This document shows positions 9,393-18,259 of a stretch of DNA of 64,000 nt, piece by piece; within the stretch, counting starts at the first letter, position 1; each line of letters starts with the position of its first letter. The notes under the pieces are model-generated. The model worked only from the letters and a program-made list of their open reading frames with translations. It searched no databases and was not told the DNA's origin. Both the position numbers and the translations under genes were made by a program. Source of the stretch: Vicinamibacterales bacterium (GTDB lineage: Bacteria > Acidobacteriota > Vicinamibacteria > Vicinamibacterales > UBA8438); contig CBDANB010000005.1 in NCBI GenBank assembly GCA_965197395.1, positions 202,776-266,775 of the forward strand, written 5' to 3'.

Positions 9393-10177
9393 GCCACTCG
9401 CCCACGCAGCAGGAACGCGGTGCGCATCGTCGGCTCGTCTCACGACGTCAGCTGCTGCGGGGCGCGTCGGCTATGGGCGGCCTGCTGCTGACGGGCTGCA
9501 CGCGAGAGGTCTTTGTGCCGCCGACGGTGCGGGGCGGGTTGATCGGCATCGCCGATGTGCTCACGATGGGCACGAATCGGTTGCTACAAGCGGGGCAACC
9601 GCTAGCGCGCGAGTATCAACCGAGCGACATCGCCGAGGAGTTCCCAACCTGGGGTCAGACCAACCCGCCGGACGCGACCTATCAACGGCTACGACGGGGC
9701 GGTTTCAAGGATTGGCGCCTGCCCGTTACGGGACTTGTCGGCCGTCCGGTGTCGCTGTCGCTCGACGACATCAAGCGCTTGCCCTCGCGGACGCAAATCA
9801 CGGCTCACGTGTGCGAGCAAGGCTGGTCGGCGATCGCGCAGTGGACCGGCGCGCCACTGCGGCGCGTGCTCGACGAGGCGGGAGGTGTGCGGCCTGAGGC
9901 GCGCTATGTCGTCCTGCACACCGCTGATGGATGGTACGAGAGCATCGACATGTTCGAGGTGGTGCATCCTCAGACGATCCTCGCCTACGGCTTGAACGGC
10001 GCGGATCTGCCGATCGGCAACGGCGCGCCGCTGCGACTTCGGGTCGAGCGGCAATGCGGGTACAAGAACGTCAAGTTCCTCACGTCCATCCAGGTCGTCC
10101 ACTCGCTTGCGGGCTTCGGACGCGGCACCGGGGGTCTCAGCTCCGACTACGGGTTCCACTGGTTCGCCGGCGTGTAG
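9389..10177 (+). CDS. Molybdopterin-dependent oxidoreductase (sulfite-oxidase/YedY fold), probable Tat lipoprotein
   Basis: Signal SRRQLLRGASAMGGLLLTGC. Oxidoreductase Mo-binding core (HVCEQGWS, GAPLRLRVE...GYKNVKFL). Confidence 0.75.
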   Translation: MSHSPTQQERGAHRRLVSRRQLLRGASAMGGLLLTGCTREVFVPPTVRGGLIGIADVLTMGTNRLLQAGQPLAREYQPSDIAEEFPTWGQTNPPDATYQRLRRGGFKDWRLPVTGLVGRPVSLSLDDIKRLPSRTQITAHVCEQGWSAIAQWTGAPLRRVLDEAGGVRPEARYVVLHTADGWYESIDMFEVVHPQTILAYGLNGADLPIGNGAPLRLRVERQCGYKNVKFLTSIQVVHSLAGFGRGTGGLSSDYGFHWFAGV

Positions 10178-10370
10178 CGTTTCGCAGGCCTAAAGGCCTG
10201 CGCTACAGATGCCACACACGTCGTAGTTTCGCAGGCCTCAAGGCCTGCGCTACAGATGCCACACAGGCCTCAAGGCCTGCGTACAGATGCCACACACGTC
10301 GTAGTTTCGCAGGCCTCAAGGCCTGCGCTACAGATGCCACACACGTCGTAGGGCAAGGCTTTGGCCTGCC
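10173..10370. repeat. Tandem array of REP-A hairpin units (about 47-nt unit, 4 to 5 copies)
   Basis: Unit GTCGTAGTTTCGCAGGCCTCAAGGCCTGCGCTACAGATGCCACACAC is repeated head to tail. One copy is internally truncated and the last is divergent. The array fills the gap between two convergent genes. Confidence 0.8.
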
Positions 10371-10377
10371 TCTGGTA

Positions 10378-11394
10378 TCAAAACACCGCCAGTGGGTTGA
10401 GGGGCGACCCCGTGCCCCCGCGCACGCGCAGCGGCGCGCCGACGAAGAGAAACTCCCACCGTCCGCGTTGCTGCGCCTCGCGCGCGAGCGCGTCGAGATC
10501 GAGGTTGTCGAGGATCGGCATGCCGAGAGCGACGATCACGAGCTCGTGTAGCGGATTGGCAAGGCCGTCGACGTTGGACGGCATGACGTCGCTGACGCCG
10601 TCCGACCCGATCACGGCCACATCACGCGCCTTGAGCCATCTGGCGACCGACGCGTGGGAGCCAGCCGCGCGTTCGACGAAGTTCCACTGCCCCAGTTGCC
10701 GCACGGCCTCCCAGCGACCGGTCCGGATGAGCAAGACGTCGCCGCTCCCGACGCGGACACCTGTTCTCGCTTCCCAGGCTTCCAGGTCTTGAACGGTGAT
10801 CGCGGTGCCCGGTTCGAGATACTCGACACCCTGGTGCCACGGCATGTCGATCAGGACGCCGCGGGTCACGATCCCGCGCTGCATGTTGTGGACGCCAAGC
10901 CGTTCCGCGCCGTCCGCCTTGAGGCCACTCACCGAAAAACCGTTGTACATCCGTCCCTCGTGGGCGAAGTGTGGGAGGCCATCGATGTGCGAGTGGGCGA
11001 AGCCGTGATACTGGACGCTGTAGACGTCGCCGGCGACTTCATGCCCGCCGAATGCCGAGACGGCCAGGGCATGCTCGAACGGGTTGGCGTTGACCGCGTC
11101 GCGCGTGGTGTTCAGCTCGCGGGCCATGGACACTGATACGCCGTCCCGGACCAGCCCTGCGGCGTCCCGGCGTTTCGCGTCGGTGATGAGGTTGAGCGTG
11201 CCGAGTTGATCGTTCTCGCCCCACCGACCCCAGTTCGAGATTTCCTCCATCCAGCCGTTGAACTCCGAGGTGCTCACGCGTGCCGGCCCCTGGGCCACGA
11301 CCTCGGATGAGCCCATGGCCAACGCCAGGACCGCCAACAACAGCAGCCGGGCCGCTGGCTTCGCTTCGCCCGTCGGGTTCTGTGTGATCTGCAT
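10378..11394 (-). CDS. Cyclase-family protein (kynurenine-formamidase-like), exported
   Basis: ATG at 11394 gives MQITQNPTGEAKPAARLLLLAVLALAMG (signal peptide). The putative-cyclase core has HSHIDGLPHF and WEFLFVGAPLRVRGGTGSP. Confidence 0.75.
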   Translation of the reverse strand: MQITQNPTGEAKPAARLLLLAVLALAMGSSEVVAQGPARVSTSEFNGWMEEISNWGRWGENDQLGTLNLITDAKRRDAAGLVRDGVSVSMARELNTTRDAVNANPFEHALAVSAFGGHEVAGDVYSVQYHGFAHSHIDGLPHFAHEGRMYNGFSVSGLKADGAERLGVHNMQRGIVTRGVLIDMPWHQGVEYLEPGTAITVQDLEAWEARTGVRVGSGDVLLIRTGRWEAVRQLGQWNFVERAAGSHASVARWLKARDVAVIGSDGVSDVMPSNVDGLANPLHELVIVALGMPILDNLDLDALAREAQQRGRWEFLFVGAPLRVRGGTGSPLNPLAVF

Positions 11395-11408
11395 TTCCGT
11401 TTCCCTCG

Positions 11409-11868
11409 TCAGAATGTCGGGCTCGAGCGGACGGTCCACTGAAACGACTGTGGGATGTCGTTGAGCCTGTAGGCGAAATCGAATCGCAGGGAGTCCCAGA
11501 ACTCGACCCCCAGACCGACACCGGTCAGCCAATCGGTGCGGGACTCGTCGACGGGGCGCGAGATGCGGCCGACGTCAACGAAGGCCACTCCGGTCGGGCC
11601 GCCGTGCTGTTGCAGACGGAGCTTGTACTCCACGTTGACCAACGTCATGTGCTCTCCGACGGCTTCCTTGAAGTCGTATCCTCGCACGCTGCCCGCGGTC
11701 CAGGTCGATCTCTTCCGCAAGGGTCAACGCGAGATCACGCTCGACCCCTCTGAACTCGATCTCGTCGAACCGTCCTTCGTCGACGTGAATCGTCAACAGG
11801 CCCGTTGTGTCGTCGAAGCAGGCCTCGACGTGTGCGTAGGCATACCCGCGGCGGAGCTGGCATGAGCG
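11409..11868 (-). pseudogene. Omp85/BamA-family remnant (POTRA fragment plus last beta-strands)
   Basis: Two frames carry TIHVDEGRFDEIEFRGVERDL (POTRA-like) and ..VGLGVEFWDSLRFDFAYRLN...F (barrel C-terminus ending in F). Most of the barrel is missing. Confidence 0.45.
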
Positions 11869-13635
11869 TCAGTCGGGCAACGCGAACACGAAGAGGTTGT
11901 TGCCGGTGCTCGGACGCACCTCCGGCGTTAAGCTGAGGAAGCCAGCCGCGGTTCCAGCCGTCCCGGTGCTTACCGCGACATACTGCTGCCCATCGACGGC
12001 GAAGGTGATGGGAAATCCGGTCACCGCCGAGCCGAGGTTGATCTCCCACAGAATCTCGCCGGTCTCATGGTCGAACGCGCGGAATCGGCCGTTGACATCA
12101 CCGCCGAACACGAGGCCGCCGCCGGTCGCGACGAGGGACATGGTCGCGGCGCGCTGCGTGTAGGTCCAGGCGGTGGCGCCGGTCTCGACGGAGATTGCAC
12201 GCACCGTGCCCACCTGATCGGTACCGGGGGCGATCTGGTTGCGCACCGCGAGTGCGTAGTGGCTGCCGGCCTCAGTCGTGGCCATCATCCGGCCGCAGAC
12301 GTTGCGCAGGGGGAAGTACATCGTGTTGGTGAGCGGGCTGTACGCGCCCGCTTCCCAGTCCTTGCCGCCAAACCAGCTTGGACAGGCGAGGACCTCTTGA
12401 CCCTCGCGCCGGAAGACCAGCTCCGAGTTCGTGGACACCCCACCAGTCGCGCCGTCGATGTCGCTGATGACATTCTGGGTGACCGTGGGCGTCGCCCACA
12501 GAAACTCCCCGGTTTCGCGGTCCAGCGTGTAGACCACGCCCGTCTTGCCGGGAATACCGGTGATGACCTTGCGCACCGCACCCCGGTCGAGCCTGGGGTT
12601 GATCCAGGTCACGGCGCTGGGATCGGGCGACACCGCCGTGTCGACCAGCATGCGCTCGAAGGGATGGTCCAGATCCCAGTGATCGTTGAGATGCTGGTAA
12701 TACCAGACGATCTCGCCCGTGTCCGCGTCGAGCGCGAGTGTTGAGTTGTGATAGAGGTGCGTGTTGTCCGTGCCGCCGCGCAGGAACTTCGGCGCGGGTG
12801 AGGTGACCGACGTTCCGACGTAGACGAGGTTGAGCGCGGGGTCGTAGCTCGGGACCATCCACGCCCCGACGTGCACGCGATCTTCATACGGCACGTTGCC
12901 CCAGGTCTCGTCGCCCGGCTCGCCCGGCGCCGGTACCAGGCGACGGCGCCAGCGCTCGGCGCCGGTCGCGGCATCGTGCGCCACGATGACACAGGCCTCC
13001 GGTCCGCCCCAGGGGCGGCAACTTCGCCCCGAGACCGCCAGGCCGCCGGCGATGATCGGTCCGGAGGAATGTCTGGCCGGATTCACCTTGTAGTCGAGGA
13101 TCTCGGTTTCCCACGCCAGCCGACCGGTGGTGGCGTCGACGGCGTAGATGTAGTCGTCGTTGCTGGTGTCGATGACGAGCGTGCCGTGGAGCGCCACGTT
13201 GCGGTTGACGTCGGCGAGGCCGCGGATGTACTCATCGATGTCGTCGGGCAGGTCTCGACGGTACTCCCAGTGCAGGTCGCCCGTGACGGCGTCGATGGCC
13301 TGGATGATGTCGTTCGGGTTCGGCATGTACATGATGCCGTCGTAGACCAGCGGCGTGCCCTGTTGCATCCCGGTGGTCAGGGCCCGCGACCAGACCATCC
13401 GTAGATCGCCGACGTTGTCTCGGTCGATCTGGTCCAACGGGCTGTAGCCCCATCCGTCGAGCGTCCGTCGCCACATGAGCCAGTCGGCCGGCTCCGGATC
13501 CTGGAGCATCGCGTCGGTGACGGGGACGAACGCGGTGGGGGACTGGGCCAAGACGGGCGCGTGGCTCAACGCCAGCGACAGGAGCAGCACGGCGGAGCCG
13601 AGCCGACAGCGGGATGCGCAAATGTGTGTGGACAT
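11869..13635 (-). CDS. PQQ-dependent dehydrogenase, methanol/ethanol family (intact paralogue)
   Basis: 588-aa ORF with a signal peptide. Eight-bladed propeller motifs and an NDHWDLDHPFER active-site region. Close paralogue of 1927..3690. Confidence 0.85.
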   Translation of the reverse strand: MSTHICASRCRLGSAVLLLSLALSHAPVLAQSPTAFVPVTDAMLQDPEPADWLMWRRTLDGWGYSPLDQIDRDNVGDLRMVWSRALTTGMQQGTPLVYDGIMYMPNPNDIIQAIDAVTGDLHWEYRRDLPDDIDEYIRGLADVNRNVALHGTLVIDTSNDDYIYAVDATTGRLAWETEILDYKVNPARHSSGPIIAGGLAVSGRSCRPWGGPEACVIVAHDAATGAERWRRRLVPAPGEPGDETWGNVPYEDRVHVGAWMVPSYDPALNLVYVGTSVTSPAPKFLRGGTDNTHLYHNSTLALDADTGEIVWYYQHLNDHWDLDHPFERMLVDTAVSPDPSAVTWINPRLDRGAVRKVITGIPGKTGVVYTLDRETGEFLWATPTVTQNVISDIDGATGGVSTNSELVFRREGQEVLACPSWFGGKDWEAGAYSPLTNTMYFPLRNVCGRMMATTEAGSHYALAVRNQIAPGTDQVGTVRAISVETGATAWTYTQRAATMSLVATGGGLVFGGDVNGRFRAFDHETGEILWEINLGSAVTGFPITFAVDGQQYVAVSTGTAGTAAGFLSLTPEVRPSTGNNLFVFALPD

Positions 13636-13862
13636 GACGACTCCCAGGTTCGGACCGCGGTTCGGCGGCCGATCACGCCAGACGTGGATTCTACCTCTTG
13701 GAGGCCGGTGATCACTTCACGAAGGGCTGCGTCAGTCCAGTAGAATGGGGACGATGCGCGCCCGGGCGGAGGTCCGCCGGCGTGCGATTGGTTGCGGCGG
13801 CCGTAGCACGCGTCCCACCGGGCGCGAGCAAAGGCTGGTGGCGAGGGGACAGGGAGCACACC

Positions 13863-14729
13863 ATGTCACACGAGACGACGCGTCGCACGCTGATGAAGCA
13901 GGGTCTGGCTCTTGCCGGGTTGGGCGCTCTGGGTCTCCCCGAATGGTCAGTGCCCGCGCTGGCGCAGGACGAAGTGCCGGTGCCGTTCACCGACGTCCCC
14001 GATGGCTTCGGGGCACCGAACCCCGAGTCGGCCATACGCATCTTCGACATCCGCAACATCGACGGGCCGTACACTCCGAAGGACGACTTCTACACGATTC
14101 AGCATTTCGATAAGCCCGTCGTCGACCCCGTGACGTTTCGCCTAGAGATCAACGGGCTCGTCAATCGGCCGACGACGCTCGGTCTCGACTATCTGCGCGG
14201 CATGGAGTCCGTCGAGGTCGACGCCGGATATGAGTGCTCGGGGAACTCGAGCCGGCTCATTCAGGGGCTCGCCAGCAACGGGCGATGGACCGGCGTACCG
14301 CTGCGCGCGGTGCTCGATCTCGCCGGCGTCACCTCCGAGGCTCGGGAGGTCGTGTTCTTCGGGGCGGACAGCGGCATGGAGTCCGTGGACTTCCGTGGCC
14401 GGCCGTATGAAGTGGAACAACCGTTTGCTCGCAGCCTGCCGCTCGCCGACGGGCTGACGTCGGGCCCGCTGCTCGCATACGCGTTGAACGGCGAGCCGCT
14501 GACGCGTGAGCAGGGCGCGCCGCTCCGTCTCGTCGTCCCGGGCTACTACGGGGTGTCGAACGTCAAGTGGCTGACGCGGATCCGCCTCCAGGCAAATCGG
14601 TTCCTCGGCAAGTGGCAGGCACGGTGGTATCGCACGCTCTGGTCGGAGGAGATCGACGGGGAGACGGTCTGGCACGAAACGGAGATCTCCAGGCAGCGTG
14701 TGAAGTCGGTCATCGCGCGCGTGACGTAA
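13863..14729 (+). CDS. Sulfite-oxidase-family Mo-oxidoreductase, catalytic domain (Tat signal)
   Basis: ATG at 13863. Tat signal TRRTLMKQGLALAGLGAL. Core motifs YECSGNS and GAPLRLVVPGYYGVSNVKWL. Confidence 0.8.
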   Translation: MSHETTRRTLMKQGLALAGLGALGLPEWSVPALAQDEVPVPFTDVPDGFGAPNPESAIRIFDIRNIDGPYTPKDDFYTIQHFDKPVVDPVTFRLEINGLVNRPTTLGLDYLRGMESVEVDAGYECSGNSSRLIQGLASNGRWTGVPLRAVLDLAGVTSEAREVVFFGADSGMESVDFRGRPYEVEQPFARSLPLADGLTSGPLLAYALNGEPLTREQGAPLRLVVPGYYGVSNVKWLTRIRLQANRFLGKWQARWYRTLWSEEIDGETVWHETEISRQRVKSVIARVT

Positions 14730-14748
14730 GGTCGCCGACCGCCACGAA

Positions 14749-15033
14749 GTGCTTGGGTTCGTGCTGCACGATGGGACGCCGCTGCGGTCGGTCGAGGTCC
14801 GCGTGGACGACGGGCCGTGGCAGCCGGCGACGCTGGATCCGGCCACGAGCGGCCAGTACTCGTGGAAGCTGTTCCGGTTCGCCTGGGACGGCGCGACGCC
14901 GGGGGAGCACACGCTCGTGTCACGGGCGACGGATGAGATGGGGCACGTCCAACCGACGAGCGACGAGCTGGCCATCAAGCAGACCGGCCTCGAGGACAAC
15001 TCGCAGTTCCCGAGGACGGTGATGGTGGCCTGA
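14749..15033 (+). CDS. Moco-dimerisation (Ig-like) domain of the preceding enzyme, in a different frame
   Basis: LRSVEVRVDDGPWQPATL...WKLFRFAWDGATPGEHTLVSRATDEMGHVQP is the usual C-terminal domain of sulfite-oxidase-family enzymes. Removing the single T at about 14727 fuses the two ORFs. Confidence 0.6.
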   Translation: MLGFVLHDGTPLRSVEVRVDDGPWQPATLDPATSGQYSWKLFRFAWDGATPGEHTLVSRATDEMGHVQPTSDELAIKQTGLEDNSQFPRTVMVA

Positions 15034-15123
15034 GCGGCATCGATCGTCCACCGGGGGGCCGGCGACGAACCGCAAGGCCTTGACCTCGCGTCACGATCGG
15101 GATCAGTAAGGAGTCGATAACAC

Positions 15124-16143
15124 ATGCCTCACATGTATGTCGCCCTGCAGGACGACGACCGCATTTCGATCTTCACGACGAACCCCTCGACGGGTGCGGT
15201 CAGCTGGCAGGAGGACGTCGCGATCGAGGGCGGACCAGCGCCGCTCGCCATCAACCCCGGGCACAACGTCCTCTACGTCGGACGGCGAGAGAGCCAGGAG
15301 CTGTCGAGCTATCGGATCGACCAGCGCTCGGGGACGCTCCAGCTCATCGGCAGCACGCCTCTACAGGGCGAGCCGGTCTACGTCGCCACCGACCGGAGCG
15401 GTCGGTTCGTGCTCTCGGCCTACTACTACCAGAGCACCGCGGCCGTGCACGCCGTGAACCGCGACGGCGCCGTCACCGTTCCGCCGGTCGAATGGCGATA
15501 CACCGGCGGCGGGGCTCATGCGATCCTGACCGATCGCTCCAACCGGTTTGCCTTCGTGCCCCACATCGCCAACCGAGGACCCAACGCGATCTTTCAGTTC
15601 AGGTTTGACGAGCGCACGGGGCGACTGACGCCCAACGATCCTCCGAAGTACTCGCCGCAGGAGTATCTGGGGCCGCGCGCGCTGGCGTTCCACCCGATGC
15701 TGGACGTCGTCTACTTCTCGGATGAGCAGGGCAGCAGCGTCACCGCCTACCGCCTCGATGCGTCGGTGGGGACGCTGGCGCCACTCCAGACGGTCGGCAC
15801 GCTTCCGCCAGGCTACGACGAACGCAACACCTGCTCCCAGATCCAGATCGCCCCGTCCGGGAGATTCCTGTACGCGCCCAACCGCGGTCACAACAGCGTG
15901 GCCAGCTTCACGGTCGATCCGTCCACCGGACGGCTCACCGCGACCGGGCATGTCGCGACGGAGCCGGTGCCGCGGGTCTTCAGTCTCGACCCGGATGGTC
16001 GCTTTCTGTACGTCGCCGGTCAGCAGTCGGGCCGACTGGCGGCATATCGTGTCGATCCGGGTGACGGCACACTCGTGCCCCTCGAGACCTACGAGGTTGG
16101 GAACAATCCCATGTGGGTCTTGACGACGACCCTAACGGGCTGA
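15124..16143 (+). CDS. Seven-bladed beta-propeller lactonase (6-phosphogluconolactonase/YbhE-like)
   Basis: 339-aa ORF. Repeated ...SG.L..... blades, and YVA....S..I..F near the N-terminus, are typical of the lactonase family. Confidence 0.75.
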   Translation: MPHMYVALQDDDRISIFTTNPSTGAVSWQEDVAIEGGPAPLAINPGHNVLYVGRRESQELSSYRIDQRSGTLQLIGSTPLQGEPVYVATDRSGRFVLSAYYYQSTAAVHAVNRDGAVTVPPVEWRYTGGGAHAILTDRSNRFAFVPHIANRGPNAIFQFRFDERTGRLTPNDPPKYSPQEYLGPRALAFHPMLDVVYFSDEQGSSVTAYRLDASVGTLAPLQTVGTLPPGYDERNTCSQIQIAPSGRFLYAPNRGHNSVASFTVDPSTGRLTATGHVATEPVPRVFSLDPDGRFLYVAGQQSGRLAAYRVDPGDGTLVPLETYEVGNNPMWVLTTTLTG

Positions 16144-16180
16144 TCTCGGAGCGCGGTGGTGTCGTCGCGTGGGCCTGCAT

Positions 16181-16237
16181 GTCGTAGCGCGGGCCTCTAG
16201 GCCCGCGAGGCAGGGCTGAAGCCCTGCGCTACGAGCG
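16181..16237. repeat. REP-A element (two hairpins)
   Basis: GTCGTAG-CGCGGGCCTCTAGGCCCGCG-AG-GCAGGGCTGAAGCCCTGC-GCTACGA, lying between convergent genes. Confidence 0.65.
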
Positions 16238-16261
16238 GCAACGGCCGCATCCCCTACACAT

Positions 16262-17596
16262 TCACTCACCGAGGTCGAGCGCCAGGATGTCTTGCCGATC
16301 GCGGACGTAGAGCCGCGTTCCCACGAGCGAGGGTGGCGTCCACGCGTTTCCGGTCAGCAGGCTCGCGCGCGCGTGCACGTCGAGACCACCGTCCGTCACC
16401 GATGCAATGGCGATCTCACCGTCCTCATCGATGACCACGATCACGCCGTCGGCGTAGACCATCTGCGCCCGGGCGAGGCTCCGCTCCCGCCAGACTTCCG
16501 CCCCGGTCTGGGCGTCGAGCGCGGTCAGGAACGCTGGGCCGAAGTCGCCGCTGCTCCCGAGGACGAGCCCGCCGATCTGGAGCGCGTTGCCGAAGTGCAG
16601 CCGCATCCGGTTTGTGTGCCAGACCTCCGCGGCGGTCGTGTCTCCGTCGACTCGGCGTAGCTCGATGACCCGGCTCCCACTGTCGTAGCCGGATGACACG
16701 AACAGGCGGTTGTCCCCACCCCACACCGGCATGCTGAGGTTGAGCCCGAGCTCGTTGGGATGGGGATGACTCCACAGGCGGCGGCCGTCGTCGGGGCTCA
16801 GGCCCACCAGCTCCTGCTGCCCGAGCGTCACCAGTTGAGTCTGGCCGTCGAGGTCGATGAGCAACGGGGATCCGGGTGCGAGCGGGAAGGGCTGGCTCTG
16901 CCAGGCCACCGCTCCCGTTTCGCGGTCGAACGCCACGACGCCGTTCCCACTTCCGCCCAGCGGGAGGATGATCGTGCGCCCATAAGAAAGCGGGCTCGAC
17001 GCGAAGGCGTTGTAGTCGGTCAAGTCGAACGAGTCGACCAGGTCCTGGGACCAGCGCAGCGTCCCGGTGTGCAGGTCGAGCGCGTGCAGATGGCCGTCCA
17101 CCCCCACGGCGAAGACGGTGCCGTCCACGATGATCGGTGTGGAGTAGGGTCCGGGGCCGGCCGAGTTGTGCCACACGTCGACGTAGCCATTGTGCGCCAG
17201 CGGTGCGTCATACGCGTGCTCCCAGACGGTGGCGCCCGTCTCGGCGTTCAGCGCGACGACGACCTCGCGGTCCCCGTCCCGGTACATCGTGACGAGACGG
17301 CCGTCGGCGACGAGAATGGCGGAGTAGCCCTCACCCAGCGGTCGCCGCCACAGCTCGGCAGGGCCCCCGTCCGGCCAGACGCGTGCGATCGCGGATGCCT
17401 CGACGTGGAAGTTGCGCTCGGGGCCCCCCCATTGGGGCCACGTCGGCACGGAGCGTTGGGCATGGGCGAGACCACCGCCGAGGGCCACGAGCATGATCAT
17501 GATGACAACGAGAACGGTGACGCGGCCGAGCGATGCGACCCGAGCGGACAACACGCCACGGGCGGTCGGGGAAGCGCGGTTCGAGTGCGCGGACAT
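16262..17596 (-). CDS. PQQ-like (BamB-type) beta-propeller repeat protein, membrane-anchored or exported
   Basis: ATG at 17596 precedes a TM/signal segment. WPQWGGPERNF plus repeated PQQ-like propeller motifs. Confidence 0.7.
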   Translation of the reverse strand: MSAHSNRASPTARGVLSARVASLGRVTVLVVIMIMLVALGGGLAHAQRSVPTWPQWGGPERNFHVEASAIARVWPDGGPAELWRRPLGEGYSAILVADGRLVTMYRDGDREVVVALNAETGATVWEHAYDAPLAHNGYVDVWHNSAGPGPYSTPIIVDGTVFAVGVDGHLHALDLHTGTLRWSQDLVDSFDLTDYNAFASSPLSYGRTIILPLGGSGNGVVAFDRETGAVAWQSQPFPLAPGSPLLIDLDGQTQLVTLGQQELVGLSPDDGRRLWSHPHPNELGLNLSMPVWGGDNRLFVSSGYDSGSRVIELRRVDGDTTAAEVWHTNRMRLHFGNALQIGGLVLGSSGDFGPAFLTALDAQTGAEVWRERSLARAQMVYADGVIVVIDEDGEIAIASVTDGGLDVHARASLLTGNAWTPPSLVGTRLYVRDRQDILALDLGE

Positions 17597-17694
17597 CGGC
17601 GCTATTCTACTGCCCACAGGTGGCATAATCGGCGAGGAGGCGGCTGGCGCTCGCGGCCCGGGCCCGGCTGCGGCTCCGATCGAGGGGAGACGAC

Positions 17695-18246
17695 ATGACT
17701 GTGTTACGTGTTGTGGTGTTGGCCGCGGTGATCGGGTTGACATCGACGGCGGGCGCCGCGGCGCAAAGCCTGGCGGGCGATGCCGTCGAGGACTGGCAGC
17801 GGATGAAGCAGATCATGATGGGCATTGCGGGCGCGATGCCGGAGGACAAGTTCGATTACGCCTCGACGCCGGAGCAGCGCAGCTTTGGCGAGCAGATCCT
17901 CCATGTCGCTGGCGGCAACGTCATGTTGATGGGGTTTCTCGGCGCGGACGCGACCGGACCGGCGGTTGACCCGAGGAACCTGCGGACGTTCGGCTACACC
18001 GCGACCTCGAAGGCGGACATCCTGCAAGCGCTCAGCGACTCGTTCGACTACGGCGAGGCCGCCCTACGCGAGTTCGATGACGACAGCATGCTGGCGCTGG
18101 CGAACGGGCCGCCGTTTCTCGGCACGCCGTCCCGCGTGCGTCTCGTGTACTTCGTCATCGGTCACGCGTGGGACATCTACGGTCAGATGGCCGTCTACCT
18201 GCGCTTGAACGGTATCGTGCCGCCGGCCAGCCAACGAGGCGTGTAG
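17695..18246 (+). CDS. DinB-family protein with an N-terminal signal peptide
   Basis: 183-aa ORF with DinB-like four-helix pattern and conserved His (QILHVAGG, IGHAWDIYGQ). Confidence 0.75.
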   Translation: MTVLRVVVLAAVIGLTSTAGAAAQSLAGDAVEDWQRMKQIMMGIAGAMPEDKFDYASTPEQRSFGEQILHVAGGNVMLMGFLGADATGPAVDPRNLRTFGYTATSKADILQALSDSFDYGEAALREFDDDSMLALANGPPFLGTPSRVRLVYFVIGHAWDIYGQMAVYLRLNGIVPPASQRGV

Positions 18247-18259
18247 GGGAAGGGACGAG

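Noticed and set aside
10173-10370. Regularly spaced palindromic repeats that superficially resemble a CRISPR array
   Set aside because: The sequences between the hairpins are themselves identical from unit to unit, so this is a tandem repeat without unique spacers. The unit is about 47 nt in total. No cas genes or leader are present, and single copies of the same hairpin occur elsewhere as REP-like elements.
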